Positions 26,664 through 37,326 of a stretch of DNA of 64,000 nucleotides are shown here, piece after piece. The stretch comes from Rickettsiales bacterium (GTDB lineage Bacteria > Pseudomonadota > Alphaproteobacteria > Rs-D84), in assembly GCA_031283185.1 (NCBI GenBank), contig JAITCH010000011.1, forward strand, positions 69,171 to 133,170, in the 5' to 3' direction. Position 1 is the first letter of the stretch. Each line of letters begins with the position of its first letter. Both the position numbers and the translations under genes were made by a program. The notes under the pieces are model-generated. The model saw nothing but the letters and a program-made list of their open reading frames with translations, did no database searches and had not been told where the DNA came from.

Positions 26664-26687
26664 AGGTCAATTATAACTAAAAAGGGG

Positions 26688-26716
26688 TTGATTGGCAAGG
26701 CTGATATTTCTATAAT
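26688..26716 (+). promoter_or_regulatory. Consensus sigma-70-type promoter (TTGATT-17 nt-TATAAT) upstream of the 26784 / 27098 gene pair; a tcccgc-cttc-gcggga hairpin lies in the predicted 5' UTR
   Basis: ttgattggcaaggctgatatttctataat: hexamers matched, 17-nt spacer counted directly. Confidence 0.4.
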
Positions 26717-26783
26717 GAAAAAAGATATTTACAATTTGAGATTCCCGCCTTCGCGGGAATGACGATGAGGTAGAGGGAAATTT

Positions 26784-27101
26784 ATGGATTCTGCGGGAAG
26801 ATTTGAGTTTTTAGCGGATTTATACGAACGCACGGACAGGGCGGCGGATGCCGTTTGCGCGGCCAAGGGGCTTGACCGCGATAATTATGCCCCGCGCGTC
26901 TTCGTTTATGACCTGCTGGAATTGGCCGTGCGTGCCGGTGAATTGGCGGCGTCATCCAATTCAGGAATCAAAACGCGCCTGAATCCGCTGGTTAAAAAAT
27001 TAGAAAAAGTAAAGGGCGAGACGACCCCGTCTGCAAAGCCCATTCATAAAATGACTATGGAAGAGTTCCTAAAACTCATCGCTCCGGGGGAGAATAAATG
27101 A
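26784..27101 (+). CDS. Hypothetical small protein (105 aa), translationally coupled (ATGA) to the downstream lipoprotein gene
   Basis: ORF preceded by an RBS gaggtagaggg; no recognisable motif. Confidence 0.35.
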   Translation: MDSAGRFEFLADLYERTDRAADAVCAAKGLDRDNYAPRVFVYDLLELAVRAGELAASSNSGIKTRLNPLVKKLEKVKGETTPSAKPIHKMTMEEFLKLIAPGENK

Positions 27102-28399
27102 AAAATTGGGCATTATATTTCGCGGCTTTGGTCGCCTTGTCAGCCTGCAATAATCAAGCGGTGGATTTCGTAGAGGTTCGCACGACCAATAACTATGTCG
27201 TGGACAGCCGCAGCGTTCCCATATTCCCGAAAAAGGCCGCGCTTACCACAGATACAGCGCGTAGATTCTCCATAGAACTGCCGAAACGCTGCCATGTGGA
27301 TTGGGATAACCAAAGCGTTTTATCAATTTTGCCGTTCGAGGAAATAAATATCTATCGCGCCGATTTGGGCGATACTATGCCGAACTTGGCCGTCAAAGAT
27401 TATACTTTCGAGAAGATGAAAACCGAAGACGCATTGGCCGGTCTCTTGGACGGCACAGGCATTTCAGTTGTTTTGGATTCCGTCATAGAAACAAAAATTT
27501 CGGGCGAGATAAAGTCCGGCAGTTTGGCTGACTCGGTAGAACTGCTGACGCGGATGGGCAAGACATATTATAGTTATGACGCGTTCGCCAAGGAACTTCA
27601 TTTATTCTCCCGCACCAAATGGGTTATGAAAATGCCCAAAGACCAGCAGATTATAATCGCGTTGATTGACGCAATGCGCGGAGTTGAAAAACGCAATCTA
27701 ATAGTCAACTGGGAAGACAAGACATTAATGTTCGAGGGCGATTTCACAACAGAGAAATCCGTCCGCCGCCTTATATCCGAACTGGGATCTAAGAAGAACT
27801 TGATTGCATTTGATATGGACATATATCGCATTTATCCGCGGCAGAATGATGCCGTTGCATGGATGGATATTCTTCCTGCGTTCGGAACGAACAATATAAA
27901 GATGTCGGTGCCGGGCGTGGTCGGCAGAATGCTTGTCGTATCGCCCGAAATAAACACCAAGACCTTGCAGTCGTTTATGGCGCGGAATTCCAGTGCCGTC
28001 CTTATATCGCAGGGAACATTCATAATTCCAAACGGCTGGAATTCAAGATTTGATATTGGGCAATGCTCCAAGGAAGATCGCTTGGAAACGGAATTGATAA
28101 TCGGCGCAAGGGCGAAATTCGTGGACTTTGCCGGACTGGGGAAAAAGAAAGTTGATTCAGAAATCGTGCTTTATACCAAGCGCGGCGAATTGTCTTCATT
28201 CAAGGTTCCATCAACCCTCGGCGACAATTATGTCGTAATCGGCATACCAACCCATTCGTTTGTGTCTGAACCCGAAACCCTGGTCTCTCCGTTTGCAGAA
28301 CTGGTGGTATTCATCAGCCCGCGCGTTATAGAGGTCTTGCAGCCGGAAGATAATTTACAGGACTTGCCGGGTGATATAGTCCGCGCGATGTCGGATTAA
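27098..28399 (+). CDS. Hypothetical outer-membrane lipoprotein with a secretin-like C-terminus (433 aa)
   Basis: Lipobox LVALSAC|NN; C-terminal ...YVVIGIPTHSFVSEPETLVSPFAELVVFISPRVIEV resembles the secretin C-terminal ...LGG...vlfITPrIV signature; immediately upstream of lolCDE. Confidence 0.35.
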   Translation: MKNWALYFAALVALSACNNQAVDFVEVRTTNNYVVDSRSVPIFPKKAALTTDTARRFSIELPKRCHVDWDNQSVLSILPFEEINIYRADLGDTMPNLAVKDYTFEKMKTEDALAGLLDGTGISVVLDSVIETKISGEIKSGSLADSVELLTRMGKTYYSYDAFAKELHLFSRTKWVMKMPKDQQIIIALIDAMRGVEKRNLIVNWEDKTLMFEGDFTTEKSVRRLISELGSKKNLIAFDMDIYRIYPRQNDAVAWMDILPAFGTNNIKMSVPGVVGRMLVVSPEINTKTLQSFMARNSSAVLISQGTFIIPNGWNSRFDIGQCSKEDRLETELIIGARAKFVDFAGLGKKKVDSEIVLYTKRGELSSFKVPSTLGDNYVVIGIPTHSFVSEPETLVSPFAELVVFISPRVIEVLQPEDNLQDLPGDIVRAMSD

Positions 28400-28403
28400 A
28401 AAT

Positions 28404-29657
28404 ATGGCGAATATAGAAAAATTCATTGCATTCAGATTCCTGCGGTCAAAGAAAAAAGACGGCTTTATATCCCTTATATCTTCCATCTCATTGGTCGGAA
28501 TCGCATTGGGCGTGGCGACATTGATTGTCGTGATGTCCGTAATGGGCGGATTTCATAAAACATTATTGGGCCGCATCATCGGTATGAACGGGCATTTGGT
28601 CGTGTATTACGAAGGCGGCGCGCTTAAAGATTATGACTTCCTTATATCAAAAATCGAATCTAATGCGATGGTTATGAAGAATTTGGTTGGAATAATGCCG
28701 GTCGCCGAAGGGCAAGTAATGGTATCGGCAAACGGCAATGCAAAGGGCGCGATATTGCGCGGCGCGCGCCTGGGCGACCTGAACAGATTTACCGAAGTCG
28801 GCAAGCGGCTATTTGGCAAAGATTTGGACAAGGTCAAAGAAGGCGAATTGATAATGGGCAGCGTTCTGTTCAGATCTCTTCGCATTCCGCACGGGGAGCC
28901 CGCCACATTGATGTCAATGTCCGGCGGACAGCAGACGGCATTTGGCACTATGCCGCGGGTGCAGTCTTATCCGATTGTATCTAATTTCAAGATTGGAATG
29001 TATGAATATGACGCGGGCTTTATATTTATGCCGCTGGAATCAGCGCAAACATTCTTGAATATCCCGGGCGGCGCGACCCATATAGATATATTTATCAAAG
29101 ATCCGGAAAATACCTTTGCTGTGAAAAGCGCGCTCCGCGGCATATTGCCGGACGGCTTTGTGGTGCGCGATTGGAAGGAATTAAACGCAGGCTTTGTCGG
29201 CGCATTGGAAGTCGAAAAAAATGTTATGTTCCTAATTCTGATGCTGATAATTCTTGTCGCGGCATTCAATATCATTTCAACCCTTGTGATGATGGTCAAG
29301 GATAAGGGGCGCGACATCGCAATTATGCGGACAATCGGAATGCCCCGCTCATCCGTATCGCGCATATTCATTATCAACGGGACATTGACCGGCTTTATCG
29401 GCGCGTTCTTTGGAACGACCTTGGGCGTCTTGGTGGCGATGCATATAGAACAGATCAGAAAAATCGTGCAGCATTTGACAGGGCGCGATCTCTTCCCGGC
29501 TGAAATATATTTCCTCAGCGAACTGCCCGCAGAAATTAATGCCGTGGAAGTATTTGCAGTATTCGGATTCGCAGTGGTGCTGTCGTTCCTTGCGACTTTA
29601 TATCCGGCGCGGCGCGCGGCAAAATTGGAACCGGCAGAGGTGTTGAAATATGAGTGA
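28404..29657 (+). CDS. lolC: Lipoprotein-releasing system permease (LolC/LolE; FtsX/MacB fold)
   Basis: 417 aa; N- and C-terminal TM segments with a large periplasmic loop; FtsX-like C-terminal helices; followed by lolD. Confidence 0.75.
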   Translation: MANIEKFIAFRFLRSKKKDGFISLISSISLVGIALGVATLIVVMSVMGGFHKTLLGRIIGMNGHLVVYYEGGALKDYDFLISKIESNAMVMKNLVGIMPVAEGQVMVSANGNAKGAILRGARLGDLNRFTEVGKRLFGKDLDKVKEGELIMGSVLFRSLRIPHGEPATLMSMSGGQQTAFGTMPRVQSYPIVSNFKIGMYEYDAGFIFMPLESAQTFLNIPGGATHIDIFIKDPENTFAVKSALRGILPDGFVVRDWKELNAGFVGALEVEKNVMFLILMLIILVAAFNIISTLVMMVKDKGRDIAIMRTIGMPRSSVSRIFIINGTLTGFIGAFFGTTLGVLVAMHIEQIRKIVQHLTGRDLFPAEIYFLSELPAEINAVEVFAVFGFAVVLSFLATLYPARRAAKLEPAEVLKYE

Positions 29658-30372
29658 GATATTGAAATCACTTGCAAAGGCGGAAAGAATGGCCGGATCC
29701 AAAGATGCGGCGTTGGAAACATACGGATTATCCAAAGTCTTCAAGGATTCCAGCCGTCCACTACCCATATTAAAGGGCGGCGACCTGCGCGTGAACAAGG
29801 GCGAAATAGTCGCGCTTGTTGGACCATCGGGCTGCGGCAAATCAACTTTTCTGCAATGCGCGGGACTTCTTGATAAAGCAAGCGGCGGAAACATATTTAT
29901 TGGCGGCGTTCCTGCGGCAAGCCTTGGTGATAACGAACGGACAAAACTCCGCCTTCTCAAAATCGGATTTATATATCAGAAGTATAATTTGCTGGGGGAT
30001 TTTTCCGCGCTGGAAAATATAATGATGCCGATGCTGGTAGCCGGAGTGCGCCGCGTAGAGGCGGAATTTCGGGCAAAAAAATTAATTCGCGCAGTGGGAT
30101 TAGGCGCGCGGGAAAATCATAGACCAGCGCAATTATCCGGCGGCGAACAGCAGAGAGTTGCATTCGCGCGCGCTTTGGCAAATAACCCGGATATTATTAT
30201 GGCGGACGAGCCGACAGGGAATTTGGATCCTTCCAATGCTGGCGCAGTGTTTGATTTGGTGCTGGATTTGGTGAAGAAGACGGGGCTGGCGATGTTGATT
30301 GTCACCCACGATTCTGACATAGCCGCCCGCGCCGACCGCATAGTATCCATCAAAGACGGCATCATCGGTTAA
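29650..30372 (+). CDS. lolD: Lipoprotein-releasing system ATP-binding protein LolD
   Basis: Walker A GPSGCGKST, ABC signature LSGGEQQRVAFARAL, Walker B IIMADEPTGNLD. Confidence 0.85.
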   Translation: MSEILKSLAKAERMAGSKDAALETYGLSKVFKDSSRPLPILKGGDLRVNKGEIVALVGPSGCGKSTFLQCAGLLDKASGGNIFIGGVPAASLGDNERTKLRLLKIGFIYQKYNLLGDFSALENIMMPMLVAGVRRVEAEFRAKKLIRAVGLGARENHRPAQLSGGEQQRVAFARALANNPDIIMADEPTGNLDPSNAGAVFDLVLDLVKKTGLAMLIVTHDSDIAARADRIVSIKDGIIG

Positions 30373-30465
30373 TGCCAAAAAATCCTATCGTTGTATTTCA
30401 TCCTGCCGGGCAAAATCGCTTCTCCGTCATCAAATGCCGACACCTTATGTATATAAAATACACCG

Positions 30466-30541
30466 CGGGTCGGGTTTCCTTGGTATTGGACGGTCTATCA
30501 AGCCGTTGCGATGCCGCTGGATTTTTTGCACGATATTATTG
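30466..30541 (+). repeat. Family B element, 3' half only
   Basis: gtcgggtttccttggtattggacggtctatcaagccgttgcgatgccgctggattttttgcacgatattattg. Confidence 0.55.
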
Positions 30542-33229
30542 TTGAGTTTGACCTTCCGAAATAGTGGTTTCTTCGTCTGGCTCTTCTTCGGCTTTGGTAG
30601 TTGGAATTGCTGAAACAATCTTTTCGCCGTCATCCAATCTAAACAAAATGACACCCGCTGTTGCGCGGCCTGCTATGCGAATAGATGCGGCAGGCGTGCG
30701 GATAATTTTTCCGCCGTCCGTCACCATCATAATATCATTATCGTCATTCACCGGGAAACTTGCCGCAACGGCGGTATTCTTCGTCCCAAGTTTAATCGCC
30801 GCATAGCCGCCGACTCCGCGATGGGTGGCGCGATATTCATACGCGGAACTGCGCTTGCCAAAGCCGTTTTGCGATACGACCAAAATAAATTGTTCAGCCG
30901 CTTTCATTTCCGCATATTTTTCAGCGGATAATGTTATATCTGCGACGCCTTCTTCAACCTCGGTCGGTTCGTCTTCGTCCCTGCGTTCCGCGCGGGATTG
31001 TTTGATATAGGCAGCGCGTTCTTCGGGGCTATATTTGCCAGTTGCCAGCAATGCGGAACTGATTACTTCATCCCCTGCGGATAGTTTAACACCGCGGATT
31101 CCGTCTGAATTGCGGCTGGCGAATACGCGGCATTCGCTTACATTAAATCTGATACAGCGACCGAGTTTGGTGGATAGGAAGAGATCTTGCGACTCATCGC
31201 AGATAAGGACATCTACAAGTGATTCGCCGTTCTCTAACTTCATAGCGATTTTGCCGCCTGCGCGGATATTCTCGAAGTCCGCGGCTTTGTTGCGGCGGAC
31301 ATTTCCGCCCGAAGTGATGAACATCAAACTCTTTTCTTCACTGCCTTCTGGCACCGGGAGTATGGTCGTGATTACTTCGCCCGCTGTCAGCGGTAATAGA
31401 TTGACCAATGGGCGACCCTTGCCTGCGGCTGCGCCAACCGGGAGTTTATAGGTTTTGATGCGGTAGACGAGTCCCTTATTAGAGAAGAACATCAATGGAG
31501 TATGGGTATTGGCCACGAACATTTGGGACACATAATCTTCGTCTTTGGTGGTCATAGCGTTCCGTCCCTTGCCGCCGCGTTTTTGGGCGCGGTATGTATC
31601 GGATGCAACGCGTTTGATATAGCCGGTATTGGAAATGGTGACGACCATATCTTCTTTGGCAATTAAGTCTTCAATATCAATATCGCATTCCTGGTCGGAT
31701 ATTTCTGTGCGGCGCGCCCCGCCGTGTTGCGTGCGGATCCCAAGGGTTTCGTTCCGAATGATTTCAACTACCTTGGCCTTGTCCCCAAGGATGGTGAGCA
31801 GGCGTCTGATTTCTTCGCCAAGTTCGGTAAGGTCGCCGTGAATCTTGTCGCGTTCCAAGCCGGTTAAGCGATGCAGGCGAAGTTCCAAAATTGCCTTTGC
31901 CTGGTCTTCGGACATATAGAAGAGGCCGTCCCTGAAATCGGTATTTGGATCGGCGATTAGATTGATATATTCTGCTATGTCGCTGGCTTTCCAGCCGCGT
32001 CCGACAAGTGCCGCCTTGGCAGCCTCTGGCGTTTCAGAGCCCTTAATAAGCGCAATTACTTCGTCTAAATTGCCGCAGGCGACCGAAAGCCCCAATAATA
32101 CATGAGCCTTAGAGCGGGCTTTGTTTAACTCGAATATCGTGCGGCGGCGAATTACATCGTGGCGGAAGTCAATAAACGCATCCAAGACGCCGCGAACATT
32201 AAATAGCGCGGGCCGTCCCTGGTTGATTGCCATCATATTGACTGGGAAACTGATTTGCATCTGTGTTTTCTCGAACAGATGGTTAAGGACTATATCCGGG
32301 ATGGCATCGCGCTTTAATTCAATTACAACACGCACGCCAGCGCGGGAAGATTCATCCCTGAGTTCCGATATGCCCTCTACGATTTTTTCCTTTGATAGGT
32401 CGTTTATTTTGATAATAAGTTGGGATTTGTTCACCTGATATGGCATTTCGGTTATGATAATTGCCGAATGGTCTTTATATTCTTCTATTTCTGTCCGTGC
32501 GCGGAGTATGACAGAGCCTTTACCTGTGGTATGCGCCTTCCACGCGCCGCTGCGCCCCATAATGATTCCGCCTGTCGGGAAGTCTGGCGCGGGCAGGATT
32601 GCAAATAGTTCTTCGTCAGTTATGCCGGGGTTATCAAGAACGGCAAGAGTTGCATCGCATACTTCGGCGAGCGAATATGGAGGAACATTGGTAGCCATAC
32701 CGACAGCGATACCCGATCCGCCGTTGACCAAAAAGTTCGGGAATTTAGCGGGCAGCACTTCGGGTTCCGATAAGCTTTCATCAAAGTTCGGACGCATATT
32801 GACGGTTTCCTTGTCCAAATCGTCCATAAGGAAATTGGAAATTTTTGCAAGTTTAGCCTCGGTATAACGCATAGCCGCCGCGCCGTCTCCGTCCATAGAG
32901 CCGAAGTTTCCTTGACCTGTTACCAGCATTTCGCCCATAGAAAAGTCCTGAGCCATACGAACCATTGACTCGTAGATCGCGCTATCGCCGTGGGGATGGT
33001 ATTTACCCATAACATCACCGACTATGCGCGCGGACTTTACATAACTTTTTGCGACATCGTTCATAACGAAGAGGATTCTGCGGTGGACGGGCTTGCAGCC
33101 GTCCCTGACATCGGGCAGCGCGCGGTCAATTATAACAGACATAGCATAGTCTAAGAACGAGGTCTGCATTTCCTTTTCGATGGCGGCGACAGCGACCTGC
33201 GGAGCGGCTTTAATTTCCATTTCGGACAT
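30536..33229 (-). CDS. gyrA: DNA gyrase subunit A
   Basis: GKYHPHGD catalytic-region motif, 897 aa, C-terminal beta-pinwheel repeats and acidic tail [17 protein letters not shown]. Confidence 0.9.
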   Translation of the reverse strand: MSEMEIKAAPQVAVAAIEKEMQTSFLDYAMSVIIDRALPDVRDGCKPVHRRILFVMNDVAKSYVKSARIVGDVMGKYHPHGDSAIYESMVRMAQDFSMGEMLVTGQGNFGSMDGDGAAAMRYTEAKLAKISNFLMDDLDKETVNMRPNFDESLSEPEVLPAKFPNFLVNGGSGIAVGMATNVPPYSLAEVCDATLAVLDNPGITDEELFAILPAPDFPTGGIIMGRSGAWKAHTTGKGSVILRARTEIEEYKDHSAIIITEMPYQVNKSQLIIKINDLSKEKIVEGISELRDESSRAGVRVVIELKRDAIPDIVLNHLFEKTQMQISFPVNMMAINQGRPALFNVRGVLDAFIDFRHDVIRRRTIFELNKARSKAHVLLGLSVACGNLDEVIALIKGSETPEAAKAALVGRGWKASDIAEYINLIADPNTDFRDGLFYMSEDQAKAILELRLHRLTGLERDKIHGDLTELGEEIRRLLTILGDKAKVVEIIRNETLGIRTQHGGARRTEISDQECDIDIEDLIAKEDMVVTISNTGYIKRVASDTYRAQKRGGKGRNAMTTKDEDYVSQMFVANTHTPLMFFSNKGLVYRIKTYKLPVGAAAGKGRPLVNLLPLTAGEVITTILPVPEGSEEKSLMFITSGGNVRRNKAADFENIRAGGKIAMKLENGESLVDVLICDESQDLFLSTKLGRCIRFNVSECRVFASRNSDGIRGVKLSAGDEVISSALLATGKYSPEERAAYIKQSRAERRDEDEPTEVEEGVADITLSAEKYAEMKAAEQFILVVSQNGFGKRSSAYEYRATHRGVGGYAAIKLGTKNTAVAASFPVNDDNDIMMVTDGGKIIRTPAASIRIAGRATAGVILFRLDDGEKIVSAIPTTKAEEEPDEETTISEGQTQQ

Positions 33230-33310
33230 AGTATTTCCTTTTTCTTTTTTGTCTTAAAAATCTACTATAAAAGGCTGGGCATTTCAAGTTATTTATTCGG
33301 TAATAAGACG

Positions 33311-33360
33311 AACCACCCCGGCGGCTTTGCCGCCACCCCGCCACCCTTGGCGGGGAATTT
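33311..33360. repeat. Family C GC-rich hairpin repeat, copy 2
   Basis: gaaccaccccggcggctttgccgccaccccgccacccttggcggggaattt. Confidence 0.5.
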
Positions 33361-33429
33361 ATATTTGTAGTTGAAATGTTAAATTAAATAGTTATAATGG
33401 GCGTTAATCTAATAATAAAGGTTAAAGAA

Positions 33430-33582
33430 ATGGCAACGAAAAGAACTTATCAGCCGTCCAAGACAAGACGCGTAAAAACCCACGGATTCCGTGAAAAGAT
33501 GGAAACCCGCAGCGGCCGCGCCGTTTTATCGCGCCGTCGTGCCAAAGGCCGCGCCCGTGTTGCGGTTTCGGCGGTAAATTAA
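33430..33582 (+). CDS. rpmH: 50S ribosomal protein L34
   Basis: [41 protein letters not shown] matches the bL34 consensus; rnpA follows. Confidence 0.85.
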   Translation: MATKRTYQPSKTRRVKTHGFREKMETRSGRAVLSRRRAKGRARVAVSAVN

Positions 33583-33587
33583 ATGAT

Positions 33588-33926
33588 ATGGCGGTATTTC
33601 GCCGTAGTTTTAGCAACAGGGCAGATTTTATCCGCTTGAAAGAAAGCGGAAAATTTGCTCGCACTTCATTTTTTATTATGAATTTTGCGCCTGCCCGGGA
33701 GATTCCCGCGCGGTATGGTTTGATTGCGGTTAAAAAATCGTTTGGCACGGCCATTAGTCGTAATCGCGCCCGGCGTCTGATGCGGGAATGGTTAAGGTTG
33801 TCTGCGGGGCTGCTTGACCCAAATATGGATTACGCGTTGGTATTGATGCCAGAGATTTTAAGGGCGAAAAAGGAAGATGGCCTTAGGGAATTAGAAAGGG
33901 CGGTTAAAAAGTTGAGAGTAAAATAA
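33588..33926 (+). CDS. rnpA: Ribonuclease P protein component
   Basis: Conserved RNR motif (ISRNRARRLMRE); canonical rpmH-rnpA linkage. Confidence 0.8.
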   Translation: MAVFRRSFSNRADFIRLKESGKFARTSFFIMNFAPAREIPARYGLIAVKKSFGTAISRNRARRLMREWLRLSAGLLDPNMDYALVLMPEILRAKKEDGLRELERAVKKLRVK

Positions 33927-34039
33927 TTCCCCTCCGGTGGAGGGGTGGTCGCGGAGCGACCAGGGTGGGTCAAGCGTGTGGTATTAAGGGTAGACCCACC
34001 TCCCCCGCTTCGCGGGGACTCCTCCCAAGGAGGAGAATT
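33925..34039. mobile_element. RPE-like palindromic element, family A copy 5, abutting the rnpA stop
   Basis: aattcccctccggtggaggggtggtcgcggagcgacc...gactcctcccaaggaggagaatt. Confidence 0.7.
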
Positions 34040-34054
34040 AATAAGGAATATAGG

Positions 34055-34498
34055 ATGAAATATATCATTTTTATTTTGGCATTTATGATGGCGGGATGTT
34101 CTTCGGTAATGGTCAAAGAGGGGACATTGGATAAAACCCAAGGCAAGGTATGGGTTCAGCCGGGCGGATACCAAATGCGGCACGCCATAAAGCATTCGTT
34201 AGAGGAAAGAAATTTTGATTTGGTTGTTGGGAAATTATCCACGGCAAAATCATTAAAAGATATTGCGGAAATAGATACATATACATCTGACGCCAGATAT
34301 GCGGTTAGGATTGAAGAGGGCGGGCGTTGGCTGAATCCCGTATGCCTGTTTAACGGCTTTTGGTATTGGAGTTTTAACGCATCTATAAGCGATAACCAAA
34401 CGGGCAAAGAACTGCTTAGTTGGAATGCAAGGGGCTGTCAGGGATATGTCTTGCGGCGGTTAGAAGACTACCTTGATAAATTAGAAGGGAAGAAGTAG
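34055..34498 (+). CDS. Hypothetical lipoprotein (147 aa)
   Basis: Signal and lipobox LAFMMAGC|SS. Confidence 0.4.
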   Translation: MKYIIFILAFMMAGCSSVMVKEGTLDKTQGKVWVQPGGYQMRHAIKHSLEERNFDLVVGKLSTAKSLKDIAEIDTYTSDARYAVRIEEGGRWLNPVCLFNGFWYWSFNASISDNQTGKELLSWNARGCQGYVLRRLEDYLDKLEGKK

Positions 34499-34507
34499 GA
34501 TTACATT

Positions 34508-36841
34508 ATGGATTACAAAATAATAGAAAAGAAATGGCAGGATAAATGGTTTAACTCCGATGTCTTTACAGCGGGTCTGCCGGTTAATTCCAAAAAAGAA
34601 AAGAAATATGTGTTGGCGGAATTTCCATTCCCAAGCGGGGACGGGCTTCATTTGGGGCATATATTGAATTATTCAGGATTGGATGTTGTGGCGCGGTTTT
34701 GGAGGATGATGGGGCGCGATGTCCTGTTTCCATTCGGCTTTGATTCTATGGGTATAGCGGTTGAGAATTACGCCGTAAAAAATAATATGACGCCGCAGGC
34801 GGCACTTGCCAAGTCTTCGGCGAATGTTCTGCGGCAGGCCAAGGCGTTTGGGCTGAGTTATGATTATTCCAAAGTGTTGATGACTTCCGACCCGGAATAT
34901 GTGAAATGGACGCAATGGCAGTTTATTCAACTCTTTAAGTTGGGTCTATTATATAAAGCCCCATTGCCGATTAATTGGTGCCCTGCTTGCCGGACGAATT
35001 TAACCAATGAAGAATTGGATGAAAATGGCTGCTGCGACAGATGCCACGGGCCAATGGAAAAGAAGAATAAAGAGCAATGGAATTTTGCCATAACGAAATA
35101 TGCCGACCGCCTTGTGGATGACCTTGCGCTGGTGGACTTTCCAGAAAATGTGAAAGAAGCGCAAAGGAATTGGGTGGGTCGTTCCTATGGGGCAGAGATA
35201 GACTTTAATGCTTTCCGTGTTTATACAACGCGTCCTGATACTATATTTGGCGTGTCGTTCTGTGCTATATCGCCGGAACATAATTTGGTTGCGGAATGGT
35301 TGGCGGCGGGTCGCGTTAAGAATGCGGATGCGGTTAAAAAATATATAGCGGATGCCAAGGCGAAAACACTGATTGAACGCACCGATATTACGAAAGAGAA
35401 AACGGGCGTGAAGATTGAAGGGGTGGTTGCGACCAATCCATATAATAAAAAAGAAGTTCCGATTTTTGTTGCGGATTATGTCTTGGCAAATTACGCAACC
35501 GGCGCGATTATGGCAGTGCCGTCAGAGGACGAACGCGATAGGGAATTTGCAGAAAAATTCGGCATAGAAATTATAGAAGTAAAGGACGCGGATGGACGCG
35601 CAATAAACTCTGATTTTATGAATGGAATGGACAAAGATGCGGCGATAAAAAAAGCCATAGAAAATGGTGAAAAAGCCGGGTTTGCAAAGGCGGCAAAAAA
35701 GTATAAAATGACGGATTGGGGCTTTTCGCGCCAGATGTATTGGGGCGAGCCGATTCCGCTGGTATATTGCCCTGAACACGGATGGCAGCCGGTGCCGGAA
35801 AATGAATTGCCTTTGTTGCAGCCGGTTATGGATAATTTCAGACCGACCCCGGAAGGCGAATCGCCATTGGCGCGCGCTACTGATTGGGTCAAGGCGAAGT
35901 GTCCCGTATGTGGTGGCGCGGCAATGCGTGAAACGGATACTATGCCGCAATGGGCTGGTTCCTGCTGGTATTATATCCGTTTTATAGATCCGAAAAATGA
36001 CAAGGCTTTTGCCGACAAAGAATTGATAAAAAAATGGCTGCCGGTTGACCATTATAATGGCGGCTTTGAACATGTAACGCGCCATATGATCTATGCCCGT
36101 TTTTGGTATAAGGCATTATTTGATTTGGGTTTGGTGCCAAGCCCCGAGCCGTTTGCAAAGCGCACCATTAATGGATTGGTATTGGGCAAAGACGGATTTA
36201 AGATGTCTAAATCGCGCGGGAATGGAATTAACCCGGATGATTTGATTTCCGAGATGGGCGCAGACGCGGCGCGTTTATTCGTGCTATTCTTGGGTCCCTG
36301 GGATCATAATACCCTGCCGCTAGATGATGTGAAGACGGGCGTGAAAAGGTTCTTGTCAAAGGTAGAAGGTTTAGCCGCCCGCGTGCAAGATGTGGATGGT
36401 GATGTTGCGGCGCGGATGAAGTTTATAAAGGATATTACAGAACGGATTCCCGATATGCGGTTTAATACTTCGATTGCCAGAATGATGGAATATGCGAATG
36501 AATTGGGTAAAACGGACGCGGTGCCGCGTGCAGGTTATGAATCCCTGATAAAGGCTTTATCTATATTCGCGCCACATTTTGCCGAGGAAATCTGGGAAAA
36601 TCTAGGGCATAAGGACTTTATTGCATCCGCAGATTGGGATAAGTTTGACGCAGCGTTGGCAGAATCCGGCGATATAGTAGTCGTAGTATCAGTTAATGGA
36701 AAACGCCGCGCGGAAATAAATGTTAAGAAAGACGCAAAAGACATAGAAGAATTGGCGCGTGATGCGGCGTCCAAATTTATAAATGCGCCGGTTAAACGCG
36801 TGGTGGTGGTTCCGAATAAAATGGTGAATTTTGTCCTATGA
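34508..36841 (+). CDS. leuS: Leucine--tRNA ligase
   Basis: HIGH-region PFPSGDGLHLGHILNYSGLDVVARF; KMSKS FKMSKSRGNG; Zn-binding CPACRTN...CCDRCH; 777 aa; canonical leuS-lptE-holA order. Confidence 0.9.
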   Translation: MDYKIIEKKWQDKWFNSDVFTAGLPVNSKKEKKYVLAEFPFPSGDGLHLGHILNYSGLDVVARFWRMMGRDVLFPFGFDSMGIAVENYAVKNNMTPQAALAKSSANVLRQAKAFGLSYDYSKVLMTSDPEYVKWTQWQFIQLFKLGLLYKAPLPINWCPACRTNLTNEELDENGCCDRCHGPMEKKNKEQWNFAITKYADRLVDDLALVDFPENVKEAQRNWVGRSYGAEIDFNAFRVYTTRPDTIFGVSFCAISPEHNLVAEWLAAGRVKNADAVKKYIADAKAKTLIERTDITKEKTGVKIEGVVATNPYNKKEVPIFVADYVLANYATGAIMAVPSEDERDREFAEKFGIEIIEVKDADGRAINSDFMNGMDKDAAIKKAIENGEKAGFAKAAKKYKMTDWGFSRQMYWGEPIPLVYCPEHGWQPVPENELPLLQPVMDNFRPTPEGESPLARATDWVKAKCPVCGGAAMRETDTMPQWAGSCWYYIRFIDPKNDKAFADKELIKKWLPVDHYNGGFEHVTRHMIYARFWYKALFDLGLVPSPEPFAKRTINGLVLGKDGFKMSKSRGNGINPDDLISEMGADAARLFVLFLGPWDHNTLPLDDVKTGVKRFLSKVEGLAARVQDVDGDVAARMKFIKDITERIPDMRFNTSIARMMEYANELGKTDAVPRAGYESLIKALSIFAPHFAEEIWENLGHKDFIASADWDKFDAALAESGDIVVVVSVNGKRRAEINVKKDAKDIEELARDAASKFINAPVKRVVVVPNKMVNFVL

Positions 36842-37326
36842 AAAAGTTAACCTGCATTTTTGCTGTTCTTGTTTCCGCTTGCGGATGGACGCCGCTTTAT
36901 TCCACTGGCGAAAAGAATCAGTTGGAATATCCTGTGCATATAAAGGCGATTGCCGGTGCGGAAGGTGTGGTGCTGAGAAACCGAATTCGGACGGAATTAA
37001 ATCCTTTTGGCGAGCCTAACGACCCGCGCTATACATTGGCTGTTAAATTAAATCCCCGGGCGGAGACATATAAGGGCATTCAGAGGACGGGGGATGCAAC
37101 CTGGCAGGAGATTCGTATAACGGCTTCGTTTGACTTGATTGATTCTGTGTCCGGCAAGGCTGTTCTCAGCGACTCTGCCGAGGTGTCGGAATCCTATACA
37201 TTTGTGCAGAATTTAATAGCGGCGAATTCTGCGTCAGAGGCGGCGACTTCGTCCGCATTAAGAATTCTATCAGAGAAGATTTCCATGCGGATAAAGATCT
37301 TTATCAAATCCGGGGCGGCGATATGA
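36838..37326 (+). CDS. lptE: LPS-assembly lipoprotein LptE (RlpB)
   Basis: Lipobox LVSAC|GW; 162 aa; conserved position between leuS and holA. Confidence 0.55.
   Translation: MKKLTCIFAVLVSACGWTPLYSTGEKNQLEYPVHIKAIAGAEGVVLRNRIRTELNPFGEPNDPRYTLAVKLNPRAETYKGIQRTGDATWQEIRITASFDLIDSVSGKAVLSDSAEVSESYTFVQNLIAANSASEAATSSALRILSEKISMRIKIFIKSGAAI

Noticed and set aside
27098-28399. Calling the 433-aa lipoprotein a bona fide type II/IV secretin
   Set aside because: Only the extreme C-terminal motif resembles secretins; the protein is shorter than typical secretins and lacks a clear secretin N-domain series, so it is kept as a hypothetical lipoprotein.
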